Below are positions 8,770 to 17,019 of a DNA stretch of 64,000 nt, in pieces (within the stretch, counting starts at the first letter, position 1; every line of letters begins with the position of its first letter). Under the pieces are notes generated by a model. That model saw only the letters and a program-made list of their open reading frames with translations. It ran no database searches and was not told the origin of the DNA. A program made the translations under genes and the position numbers. The DNA comes from Anaerolineales bacterium (lineage in GTDB: Bacteria; Chloroflexota; Anaerolineae; Anaerolineales; UBA11579). The DNA is taken from assembly GCA_035458505.1 (NCBI GenBank), contig DATHZS010000024.1, forward strand, positions 23,296-87,295, in the 5' to 3' direction.

Positions 8770-11025
8770 ATGAGCACATTACGCAGAGATGCACTAGAAT
8801 ATCATAAATTGGATGGCAAGCCGGGGAAGATTTCAATTCTGCCCACCAAGCCTCTGGAAACCCAGAGGGACCTTGCATTGGCGTATTCGCCTGGGGTTGC
8901 CGAGCCGGTATTGGAGATTTCCAAAGATCCGGCTAAAGCTTTTGAGTATACATCACGGGGGAACCTGGTAGCGGTGGTTTCGAATGGAACCGCGATCCTG
9001 GGCCTTGGCAACCATGGCGGTTTGGCTTCAAAGCCTGTGATGGAGGGAAAGGGGGTCTTGTTCAAAAAATTTGCAGATATCGATGTTTTTGACATTGAGC
9101 TGGATTCCATGGATCCGGATGAGATCATTAACGTGGTGAGAGTTTTCTCGCCCACTTTTGGGGGCATCAACCTGGAAGATATCAAAGCGCCGGAATGTTT
9201 CTATATTGAGGAAAAACTCAAGGAAATGCTGGATATCCCTGTTTTTCATGATGACCAGCATGGCACTGCGATCATTTCCAGCGCGGGGTTGCTGAATGCC
9301 CTGGAAATTGTTGGAAAAGACATTTCTGAGATCAAAGTGGCAATCTCTGGAGCAGGAGCTTCAGCGATCTCTTGCGCCAACATGGCGATCCTCCTTGGTG
9401 TGAAAAGAGAAAACGTCCGCATGGTAGACAGCCGGGGAGTGCTGTACAAGGGCCGTACGGAAGGCATGAATAAATATAAGGATGCTTTTGCTGTGGATAC
9501 CGATGATCGAGTCCTGGCTGATGCTGTACGGGATTCGGATGTGTTTTATGGCTTATCTGTCGCGGACATCCTGACCCCTGAGATGATCCTGACAATGAAG
9601 AAAGACCCGATTATCTTCGCTATGGCCAATCCAGACCCCGAAATTAAATACGACCTTGCCAAACAGCACCGCCCGGATGCGATTGTGGCGACTGGCCGCT
9701 CAGATTTTCCTAACCAGGTGAATAATGTGTTGGGTTTCCCCTTCATCTTCCGCGGCGCCCTGGATGTGAACGCCAGTGCAATCAACGATGAAATGAAGCT
9801 GGCGGCTACCTATGCGTTAGCCGCACTCACCAAAGAAGATGTCCCGGACAGTGTGCTGCGGGCGTATGGTGTGGAATCCTTGAAGTTTGGGCGGGATTAT
9901 ATTATCCCGAAGCCGCTCGATCCGCGTGTGCTGCTCTGGGAATCCCCTGCCGTGGCAGAAGCCGCCATGAAGACCGGTGTTGCCCGCAAACAAATCGATA
10001 TCGAAGAATATCGGGAAGCGCTCGCTCTCCGGCAGGGCAAAGGGCAGCAAGTCCGTCACTTTGTTCTCAACCAGGCGAAAGCTGTTGCACCAAAGAAACG
10101 GTTGGTATTCGCAGAAGGCGAAGAACCCAAAATCATTCGTGCTGCTGTACAGGTAGATGCTGAAGGGATTGGCTATCCAATTTTGCTGGGTAACCCGGAC
10201 GTGATTTGCAAAAGGCTGGAAGAACTGGGCCTGGATTGCGAATTGACGATTGTAGACCCCCAAGATTTCGAGCGGATGGAAGAGTATGTAAAAGCCTATC
10301 ATGAACTGCGGCAAAGAAAAGGTGTCTCGGAACGTGAAGCGCGTAAGCGGCTTGTGAATGACCGGAATGTGTTTGGCAATTTGATGGTCAAGATGGGCGA
10401 TGCAGATGCATTTGTATCTGGGCTGACTTATGAATACCCCGAGGTGATCCGGCCTTCTCTCCAAATTCACCACACCGCAGACGGTGTAGAACGGGCGGCG
10501 GGTGTGTATATCATGATCGTCAATGACAAGGTGTATCTCTTTACCGATGCGACGGTCAATATTGAGCCTGGTGCAGAAGATTTGGTCGAGATTGCCTGCC
10601 TGGCGGCTAATTTTGCGGAAAGGCTTGGTTTGGATCCACGCGTGGCAATGCTGTCTTTCTCCAATTTTGGCAGCACGCCGCATCCTCTTTCTTATAAGGT
10701 GAGCAAAGCGGTGGATATGATCAAGATGAAGCGCCCTGACCTGATTGTGGATGGCGAAATGCAGGCCGATACGGCGGTGGTTGCCGAGATTATCGAGCGA
10801 CGTTACCCATTTAGCCAGGTAAAGGATGCCAACGTGCTGGTCTTCCCATCCCTGGAATCAGCGAACATTGCTTATAAGCTGCTTCACAGACTTGGCAATG
10901 CCCAAACGATTGGGCCGATCCTGTTGGGGCTTGGAGCACCAGTCCATGTGCTGCAGACAGGTGATGAAGTACGGGACATTGTCAATATTGCGGCCGTGGC
11001 CGTGATGGATGCTGGCAGCCGCTAA
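8770..11025 (+). CDS. maeB: NADP-dependent malic enzyme, MaeB type, copy 2 (tandem paralog)
   Basis: 751 aa. AGGAGA RBS. Collinear with copy 1 along its full length, with the same motifs. By eye the two are roughly three-quarters or more identical. Confidence 0.93.
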   Translation: MSTLRRDALEYHKLDGKPGKISILPTKPLETQRDLALAYSPGVAEPVLEISKDPAKAFEYTSRGNLVAVVSNGTAILGLGNHGGLASKPVMEGKGVLFKKFADIDVFDIELDSMDPDEIINVVRVFSPTFGGINLEDIKAPECFYIEEKLKEMLDIPVFHDDQHGTAIISSAGLLNALEIVGKDISEIKVAISGAGASAISCANMAILLGVKRENVRMVDSRGVLYKGRTEGMNKYKDAFAVDTDDRVLADAVRDSDVFYGLSVADILTPEMILTMKKDPIIFAMANPDPEIKYDLAKQHRPDAIVATGRSDFPNQVNNVLGFPFIFRGALDVNASAINDEMKLAATYALAALTKEDVPDSVLRAYGVESLKFGRDYIIPKPLDPRVLLWESPAVAEAAMKTGVARKQIDIEEYREALALRQGKGQQVRHFVLNQAKAVAPKKRLVFAEGEEPKIIRAAVQVDAEGIGYPILLGNPDVICKRLEELGLDCELTIVDPQDFERMEEYVKAYHELRQRKGVSEREARKRLVNDRNVFGNLMVKMGDADAFVSGLTYEYPEVIRPSLQIHHTADGVERAAGVYIMIVNDKVYLFTDATVNIEPGAEDLVEIACLAANFAERLGLDPRVAMLSFSNFGSTPHPLSYKVSKAVDMIKMKRPDLIVDGEMQADTAVVAEIIERRYPFSQVKDANVLVFPSLESANIAYKLLHRLGNAQTIGPILLGLGAPVHVLQTGDEVRDIVNIAAVAVMDAGSR

Positions 11026-11045
11026 ATTTTATTTCATGTCTAATG

Positions 11046-11078
11046 AAAAAAGGAACTGGAGCTCCAGTTCCTTTTTTT
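11046..11078. terminator. Bidirectional intrinsic terminator (maeB copy 2 / ybaK convergent)
   Basis: Palindrome aaaaaaggaactggag|ctccagttcctttttt, with A-run and T-run flanks on both strands. Confidence 0.75.
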
Positions 11079-11115
11079 ACATCATTCAGGGCATTCTCAA
11101 TCCAAATTCTAATGC

Positions 11116-11586
11116 TTAGCTGATTGCGGCTGTTCGGGCATTTGTAATCTTGATCAGGTCTTTGGGCGAGAGTTCGATGTTCAACCCGCGCTGGCCTCCA
11201 GAGATGAATATAATGGGATGGGTCTTGGCGCTCTGGTCGATCACGATCTGGAAGCCTTTATTGATCAGAGACAGGGGAGAAATACCTCCGGTTTGCAGCC
11301 TGGTGAGGCCTTCAGCCTGTTGGTGCGTGGCCACCCGCACTTTTTTCTCATTGATCGCTTTGGCGAGCAGTTTCAGGTCTAGCTCTTTATTTCCTGGAAC
11401 CACTGCCAGAATTGGTTTACCGGGAGTTGTTCGGATTGCCACGATGGTCTTAAACACCAGTTCAGGGGATACTCCCAGGTGTTCGGCAGCCTCGGTTGCT
11501 CCGAGTTTTTCCGGGGGGAGTTCATGGGCGGTATAGGGTATTTTTTTCGCATCCAGCAACCGGGTTACATTATTGATGGTTGTCAT
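11116..11586 (-). CDS. ybaK: Cys-tRNA(Pro)/Cys-tRNA(Cys) deacylase YbaK
   Basis: 156 aa. YbaK/EbsC-family pattern (KTIVAIR.., LAVVPGNKELDLKLLAK, GGISPL, ISGGQRGLNIEL). The start ATG overlaps the kinase stop (ATGA at 11583-11586). Confidence 0.85.
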   Translation of the reverse strand: MTTINNVTRLLDAKKIPYTAHELPPEKLGATEAAEHLGVSPELVFKTIVAIRTTPGKPILAVVPGNKELDLKLLAKAINEKKVRVATHQQAEGLTRLQTGGISPLSLINKGFQIVIDQSAKTHPIIFISGGQRGLNIELSPKDLIKITNARTAAIS

Positions 11587-13019
11587 GCGTATGCTCCAAA
11601 GGGAAGTGTCAGGGTGAAAACAGCGCCACCTTCGGGGTGGTTGGCAGCCGTCAGGGAGCCTTGATGGGCTTCGACCAGGCGGCGGGCAATCGTCAGTCCT
11701 AATCCGGTCCCTCCCTTATCGCGCGCTCGGGACTGGTCGGCACGGAAGAACCGTTCAAAAATCATCGGCAGCAGCTCTTCCGGGATACCGTCTCCAGTAT
11801 CACGGATTTCCAAAATTGCGTGGTTTTCACTGCATTTCAGGCTGAGCTCGACCATTCCATCTGGGGGTGTATGGCGCAGGCTGTTCTGGAGCAAATTGTA
11901 GACAACCTGGTTAATCCGGCCAGGGTCGAGAAATATTTTTGGACATTCAGCTGGGTGTTCGAAACGAAGCTGTAGTTCACCTGCATCAAACTGCGGTTGA
12001 ACATTCTCACAAATTTTTTGTACGAATGAGATGAAATCGACATGAGTTCTTTCGAGGGCCAGGGAGTTGGTGTCCGCCAGGGCGAGTGTCCGCAGGTCTT
12101 CCACCAATTTATTTAAAAGGATGTTTTGTTGAATGATCGGCTGGAGCGTTTCCAGGGTCAGGGGATAGACCCCATCCTGGATGGCTTCCAGGTTTGCTTT
12201 CTGGACTGAAAGGGGGTTCCTAAGCTCATGGGCGATGTCTGCGGTCATTGCCTTGCGAACCTGGTGAGATTCTTCGAGGGATTCCGCCATCCGGTTGAAG
12301 GTGCTGGCTAATTTTTCCAGTTCTGCACCGCCGCTCTCGGGTACTCGTTGTGAGAGATCGCCGCGGGATACCTGATCGGCGGCGCTGGTCAGCCGGCTAA
12401 CCGGGCGAATCAAAAATTGAGCCAGGACCACCGCCAATGCCAGGGCAATCCCGCCGGAGATCAGGACCGTGATCAGCAGCGATTCGTTGAGTGCCAGGGA
12501 CAGGTTGTTGCTGATCACATCGGTCAGGTCGAGGATATTATTTTCCGTGACTAGAAAGCCTGCGATATGACCATCAACCTTAATCGGCAGGGCATTTTCC
12601 AGGATGTCGTTGGGGAGATTTTCTGGCAAGCTGGTGTTTTCAGTCACCAGGACAACCCCGTCTGCATCAGCCAGGGTGAATTCACCTAACATGCCTTGCC
12701 CTCCCATCAACATGTATCCGCTGCGGTATCCACCGCGCCCTTGCCCCATTCCCATACCTTGACCCTGAGAATTTTCAGATTTTTGTCCATTAAAATTTTG
12801 CCCGGAACCCAGGGTGAGCTGGGACGAAACGTCATCCCAGGAACCGTTTTCCTGGTAATAGGCAGCCAATTGGTTCACGATTCGATCGGCACCCAAAAAA
12901 CCGCCACTTTTGGCAAAGGAGGTAATTGTGGTTTGGGTATTGTTCTGGATGACAACGGCCAGAACCACCAATGTGATGATCGTAATCAGGGCAAAGGAAA
13001 GAAACAATCGCAGGCGCAT
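11583..13019 (-). CDS. Sensor histidine kinase (2 TM, extracytoplasmic loop, HAMP, HisKA, HATPase_c)
   Basis: 478 aa. H-box ADIAHELRNPLS, N-box LLQNSLRHT, G-boxes DTGDGIP and GGTGLGLTIA. Two hydrophobic helices flank a ~150-aa loop that contains a G/M/Q-rich tract. Confidence 0.9.
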   Translation of the reverse strand: MRLRLFLSFALITIITLVVLAVVIQNNTQTTITSFAKSGGFLGADRIVNQLAAYYQENGSWDDVSSQLTLGSGQNFNGQKSENSQGQGMGMGQGRGGYRSGYMLMGGQGMLGEFTLADADGVVLVTENTSLPENLPNDILENALPIKVDGHIAGFLVTENNILDLTDVISNNLSLALNESLLITVLISGGIALALAVVLAQFLIRPVSRLTSAADQVSRGDLSQRVPESGGAELEKLASTFNRMAESLEESHQVRKAMTADIAHELRNPLSVQKANLEAIQDGVYPLTLETLQPIIQQNILLNKLVEDLRTLALADTNSLALERTHVDFISFVQKICENVQPQFDAGELQLRFEHPAECPKIFLDPGRINQVVYNLLQNSLRHTPPDGMVELSLKCSENHAILEIRDTGDGIPEELLPMIFERFFRADQSRARDKGGTGLGLTIARRLVEAHQGSLTAANHPEGGAVFTLTLPFGAYA

Positions 13020-13022
13020 GAA

Positions 13023-13715
13023 TTATTCCTTTCTAAAACGGTAGCCGACACCAAAAACAGTTTCAACATAGATAGGCGATTTCGGGACAGGTTCGATCTT
13101 TGCCCGCAGGTTTTTGATGTGAGCGTCAATTGTTCTCTCATAGCCTTCGTAGGCTGTCCCTTCCTGGGTGGCTTCCAACAGCTGAAGGCGCGACTGCACC
13201 CGGCCGGGTTGTTGGGCCAGGGCAGCCAAAAGGTTGAATTCTGTGGGAGTCAGTTCAATCGGGCTTCCATTCCTGGTGACGGAATGTGAGTCCAGATCGA
13301 TCTCGAGGTCTGCAGCGCGCAAGATCTTGCTGGAAGGCAGCCGGCTTGCACTGCCTCCGGCGCGGCGGAGCACGGTACGCACGCGTGCGACAACCTCTCT
13401 TGGGGAATAAGGTTTGGTCACATAATCATCTGCACCAAGCTCCAACCCGATTAACCGGTCAGTTTCTTCAACCCGGGCTGTGACCATGATAATCGGGGTA
13501 TCATCCTGACGCCGGATGGTCCGGGCAACGTCCAGGCCATCCATTCCGGGTAAATTCAGGTCCAAAATCACCAGGTCGGGATGGATGGAGAGCCAGGTTT
13601 CCAGCCCTGTATCTCCCCGATAGGAGCTGATGACCTCAAAACCAGCCTGTTCGAGATAGGACCGGAGGACTTTAACCAATTCAGCTTCATCTTCAATGAT
13701 CAGGATTTTTTTCAT
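13023..13715 (-). CDS. OmpR/PhoB-family response regulator
   Basis: 230 aa. Receiver domain (DLVILDLNLPGMDG) and a winged-helix output domain (..VETVFGVGYRF). Confidence 0.93.
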   Translation of the reverse strand: MKKILIIEDEAELVKVLRSYLEQAGFEVISSYRGDTGLETWLSIHPDLVILDLNLPGMDGLDVARTIRRQDDTPIIMVTARVEETDRLIGLELGADDYVTKPYSPREVVARVRTVLRRAGGSASRLPSSKILRAADLEIDLDSHSVTRNGSPIELTPTEFNLLAALAQQPGRVQSRLQLLEATQEGTAYEGYERTIDAHIKNLRAKIEPVPKSPIYVETVFGVGYRFRKE

Positions 13716-13841
13716 GATTAAATTATAGCCCAGGTTGTGGGTGATGAGTGATGCGGTTGCGTTGTGTTTGGAGTTGAGCAGATAAAAGAATGGCAGGGTT
13801 GTATTCCTGCCATTCCTTCGTTCGCCTTTCCGTGATGATGA

Positions 13842-14360
13842 CTAGCTGTCTGAAGAAAGGCCGTTGGGGCAATTCTGGTAGCCGTATCCACCACCACCAC
13901 CTTTGCCCTGTCCAAAGTTACCCCCCTGATGCCGTCCAAAGCCGCCACCATTTCCCATTCCACCGCCAAAACGACCCCCACCAACTCCAGCGTGTTGCAG
14001 CATATACTCGTACTGCTCCTGGGTGAGCACACCATCAGCGAAAGCGTGCTCAATGGCTTCCGTCCGAATTTCGGTCATCGAAGCGGAAAGGGATTCGAGG
14101 TCTAAATTAAGTTGGCTGGCGATCCCGAAAAAGGTAAGCCCCTCTTCACGGTAAGCGTAGAATTCTTCAACAGTGATTCCAAGGGCATTGGCGAATGCTT
14201 CACTCATATACTCATGAAGCGGATGTTCGCCATCAGCGAATGGGCAGTTTGGGCAACCCCTGGCTTGTGGGCCTTGCCCGCCCTCTTGTGCCATCACCAC
14301 ACCAAATCCCAACAGGCTGATGACACCGACAAGTGATAACGCGATGATTATTTTTTTCAT
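13842..14360 (-). CDS. Secreted hypothetical protein: helical LTxEQ-type core, CPNCP motif, Gly-rich C-terminal tail
   Basis: 172 aa. Signal peptide MKKIIIALSLVGVISLLGFGVVMA. GCPNCPF and a terminal NCPNG. Tail GVGGGRFGGGMGNGGGFGRHQGGNFGQGKGGGGGYGY. I do not recognise the family with confidence. Confidence 0.6.
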   Translation of the reverse strand: MKKIIIALSLVGVISLLGFGVVMAQEGGQGPQARGCPNCPFADGEHPLHEYMSEAFANALGITVEEFYAYREEGLTFFGIASQLNLDLESLSASMTEIRTEAIEHAFADGVLTQEQYEYMLQHAGVGGGRFGGGMGNGGGFGRHQGGNFGQGKGGGGGYGYQNCPNGLSSDS

Positions 14361-14588
14361 TTGTTTACCTCACAGTGTGTAGTTTATGTACTTATTTGTC
14401 TTTAGTGTATCTGCCAGTTATGAAGAAATTGTGAAGGAGATATAAAGATCTGATGGATGTTGAGATCAGCGTTATGAATTAGTTTTATGCAAATAAAATC
14501 AGGTGTAAGATTAAATAGTGCTTTTTTACTATAACCATACAGGTCAAGTGATGTAGAATAAGACATACGTTCGTTTGGAGGTTTCTGA

Positions 14589-14849
14589 GTGAAATTATCT
14601 GGTTTTGAAGAGGCTTCACGCTACAAAGCACTCTCTTCCAGTCAGGTCATCCCTGACCCATTCCGTTGTGTGCAGTGTGGAATCTGTTCATATAACTGCC
14701 CGATTGGAATTGATGTGCGCAGGTTTGCCTGGGAGGGGAAATCGGTTGTAGATAGCCACTGCATCACTTGTGGAGAGTGTATTGCACGCTGTCCGCGCGG
14801 TGTTTTGCGGTTTGGACGTACGGCGATCCTTGAAAGTGGGAACGGATGA
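14589..14849 (+). CDS. Dicluster 2x[4Fe-4S] ferredoxin-domain protein
   Basis: 86 aa. GTG start with GGAGG RBS. Two CxxCxxCxxxCP motifs: CVQCGICSYNCP and CITCGECIARCP. Confidence 0.85.
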   Translation: MKLSGFEEASRYKALSSSQVIPDPFRCVQCGICSYNCPIGIDVRRFAWEGKSVVDSHCITCGECIARCPRGVLRFGRTAILESGNG

Positions 14850-16162
14850 CCAGGTATGTGATTTTGGGGGCAGGCGCGGCTGGAATGAGCGCTGCAGAGA
14901 CGATCCGCGGGGTTGATGACAAAGGGGAAATCGTGTGCGTTACCGCAGAAACAGCCGGGTATTATTCCCGTCCGGGTCTAGCGTATTATCTGAGTAAAGA
15001 ACTCGGTGAGAAATCCCTGTATCCATTTACGAAAAAAGATTTCCAAAATAAGCAACTTATTCTTTACCAAAACGCAGCTGTCCATATCGATACTGCAAAT
15101 CAAGAGGTTTTTTTCAAAGATCGAAAACGGATGACATATGACCGGCTTTTAATTGCGCTTGGGGCGAGGGCGGTTCGGCCGGAAATCCCGGGAAATGGGC
15201 TGGAAGGCGTCGTGTACCTGGATTCGATGGAACAGACCCAATATATGATCAAGAAAGCCCGCTGGGCGAAAACCGCAGTCGTAATAGGGGGAGGGATCAC
15301 TGCGCTGGAAATGGTGGAAGGGCTGCATGCGCGCGGTGTCCATGTGCATTTCTTCCTGAGAGGGCGCACTTATTGGGGACGAGTTTTGGATTCGATCGAA
15401 TCGAAAATCATTCTTGAACGTCTTATAAAAGAGGGCGTTTCTGTTCATTTCAATACAGAGTTGGATCAGATCCTTGGAAAGCGCGGTAAAGTGAAAGCCG
15501 TGGTCACCAAGGATGGACGAACCATCAAATCATCGATGGTCGGATTTGCCATCGGCGTTCGTCCCAGAATTCGTTTAGCGGAGTTGAGCGGATTGGAAGT
15601 CAATCGTGGCGTAATGGTCAATGAATACATGGAAACGAGCGTCCCTGGAGTGTTCTCCGCGGGAGACGTGGCTGAGGTGTATGACCCAGAAGCAGGCAAA
15701 TACGTGATAGACAGTCTCTGGCATATTGCGCGCAGTCAGGGGATTGTGGCGGGACTTAACATGGCCGGGCAGCAGCAGCCCTACATCCGGCGAAGCCCGT
15801 TGAACGTCACCCGCCTGGCAGGGATTACCACGACAATTATTGGAACTTTGGGGAGTGGGGAAAAAGAAGAAGAGGAGTATTCGATCGTACGTGGTGAGAG
15901 TGAGACCTGGCAGCAGATGCCGGATGCGGTCGTTTGCCAGAACAATTTTGAGATTAACCGTTTGCGATTGATGTTAGGCGAAAACAGGATCCTGGGTGCT
16001 CTGCTGATGGGGGATCAGTCCCTCTCGCAGGCCCTTGAAGAATTGGTCGCCAATCAGGTAGATATTACCCCTGTACGGGATTCCCTGGTTAAGAATCGGG
16101 AAACTCTGGGGCCGACGGTGATGAAGTTTTGGGATCAATGGAGGCAGCAGCATGCAGATTAA
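14846..16162 (+). CDS. FAD-dependent NAD(P)H oxidoreductase (pyridine nucleotide-disulfide oxidoreductase fold, ferredoxin/rubredoxin-reductase-like)
   Basis: 438 aa. The start overlaps the ferredoxin stop by 4 nt. VILGAGAAGMSAAE (FAD fold), VVIGGGITALE (NAD(P) fold), FSAGDVAE. No CxxxxC redox disulfide seen. Confidence 0.88.
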   Translation: MTRYVILGAGAAGMSAAETIRGVDDKGEIVCVTAETAGYYSRPGLAYYLSKELGEKSLYPFTKKDFQNKQLILYQNAAVHIDTANQEVFFKDRKRMTYDRLLIALGARAVRPEIPGNGLEGVVYLDSMEQTQYMIKKARWAKTAVVIGGGITALEMVEGLHARGVHVHFFLRGRTYWGRVLDSIESKIILERLIKEGVSVHFNTELDQILGKRGKVKAVVTKDGRTIKSSMVGFAIGVRPRIRLAELSGLEVNRGVMVNEYMETSVPGVFSAGDVAEVYDPEAGKYVIDSLWHIARSQGIVAGLNMAGQQQPYIRRSPLNVTRLAGITTTIIGTLGSGEKEEEEYSIVRGESETWQQMPDAVVCQNNFEINRLRLMLGENRILGALLMGDQSLSQALEELVANQVDITPVRDSLVKNRETLGPTVMKFWDQWRQQHAD

Positions 16163-16943
16163 AAACCTGGAACTGTGGCTGGCGTTCTTTTCGATCGGGC
16201 TGATTACCATTGGGTACCTTGTGGTCGTTTTTTTGTTTGGCGTTCCAGGGGCCAGCGACTTCCTGGGGCATTCACTGGGGATTATCGGGTTTGTGTTGAT
16301 GCTGATGACAGAGATTTTATACAGTATCCGGAAAAGGTATTCCTTGGCCCGCTGGGGCAAGTTGCAGCACTGGCTGTCTTTCCATGTCTACACAGGGCTG
16401 GTCGGCCCGTACCTGGTTTTGCTGCATACTTCGTGGAAATTTAACGGGCTTGCCGGGATCCTGATGTTGATGACGGTGATTATTGTGATCAGCGGTTTTG
16501 TCGGCCGATATTTTTATACGGCGATTCCACGCTCGGCGGATGGAACCCTGATGGAAGCAGACCATCTGCAAAATTTAATCAATCAAAACCAACGTCAATT
16601 GGAGCGTTGGCGAAAATCGAACCCTGAACTCGTCCAACAGGTCGATGATTTGTTTGGTCTGCTCTCCGTTAAAAATAAAAGACTGGGAGGACAATCTGCC
16701 ATTAGAAACCGTTGGCGCAAGGTGGATCGGGAAGCCCTGCCCGAAAACCGCCAGTTTGTCCGGAACCTGCGGTTGCTTTGGGAGCGGCAGGTCATCCTTT
16801 CCCGCCAGCTTGAGTCAATGGCAGGAGCCCGGCGGTTATTGGCCATCTGGCATGCTGTGCATATTCCACTGGGGGTGGCCGTGTTTACGGTTGCGTTTAT
16901 CCATATTGGGGCGGCACTGTATTATGCAACCCTGTTACGTTAA
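16152..16943 (+). CDS. Five-helix membrane protein with two H-x13-H pairs; candidate dihaem-b transmembrane electron carrier (ferric-reductase/NOX-like)
   Basis: 263 aa, overlapping the upstream gene by 11 nt. Four N-terminal hydrophobic helices, a ~100-aa charged soluble insert, then a fifth helix. H78/H92 (FHVYTGLVGPYLVLLH) and H237/H251 (HIPLGVAVFTVAFIH) are each spaced by 13 residues inside predicted helices. The gene is confident; the function is inferred. Confidence 0.6.
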   Translation: MQIKNLELWLAFFSIGLITIGYLVVVFLFGVPGASDFLGHSLGIIGFVLMLMTEILYSIRKRYSLARWGKLQHWLSFHVYTGLVGPYLVLLHTSWKFNGLAGILMLMTVIIVISGFVGRYFYTAIPRSADGTLMEADHLQNLINQNQRQLERWRKSNPELVQQVDDLFGLLSVKNKRLGGQSAIRNRWRKVDREALPENRQFVRNLRLLWERQVILSRQLESMAGARRLLAIWHAVHIPLGVAVFTVAFIHIGAALYYATLLR

Positions 16944-17019
16944 CCATCATACCACTATTGCATTTGGCGGGAAATCTCCAGAATAATTTATAACCGAGCA
17001 GCAGCATGAGGAGATCGGG

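Noticed and set aside
7259-10683. Long antisense ORFs opposite both maeB copies (7259-7834, 191 aa; 9817-10683, 288 aa)
   Set aside because: Both lie opposite well-supported coding sequence and have no recognisable motifs. They probably persist in both paralogs because the sense codon usage suppresses antisense stop codons.
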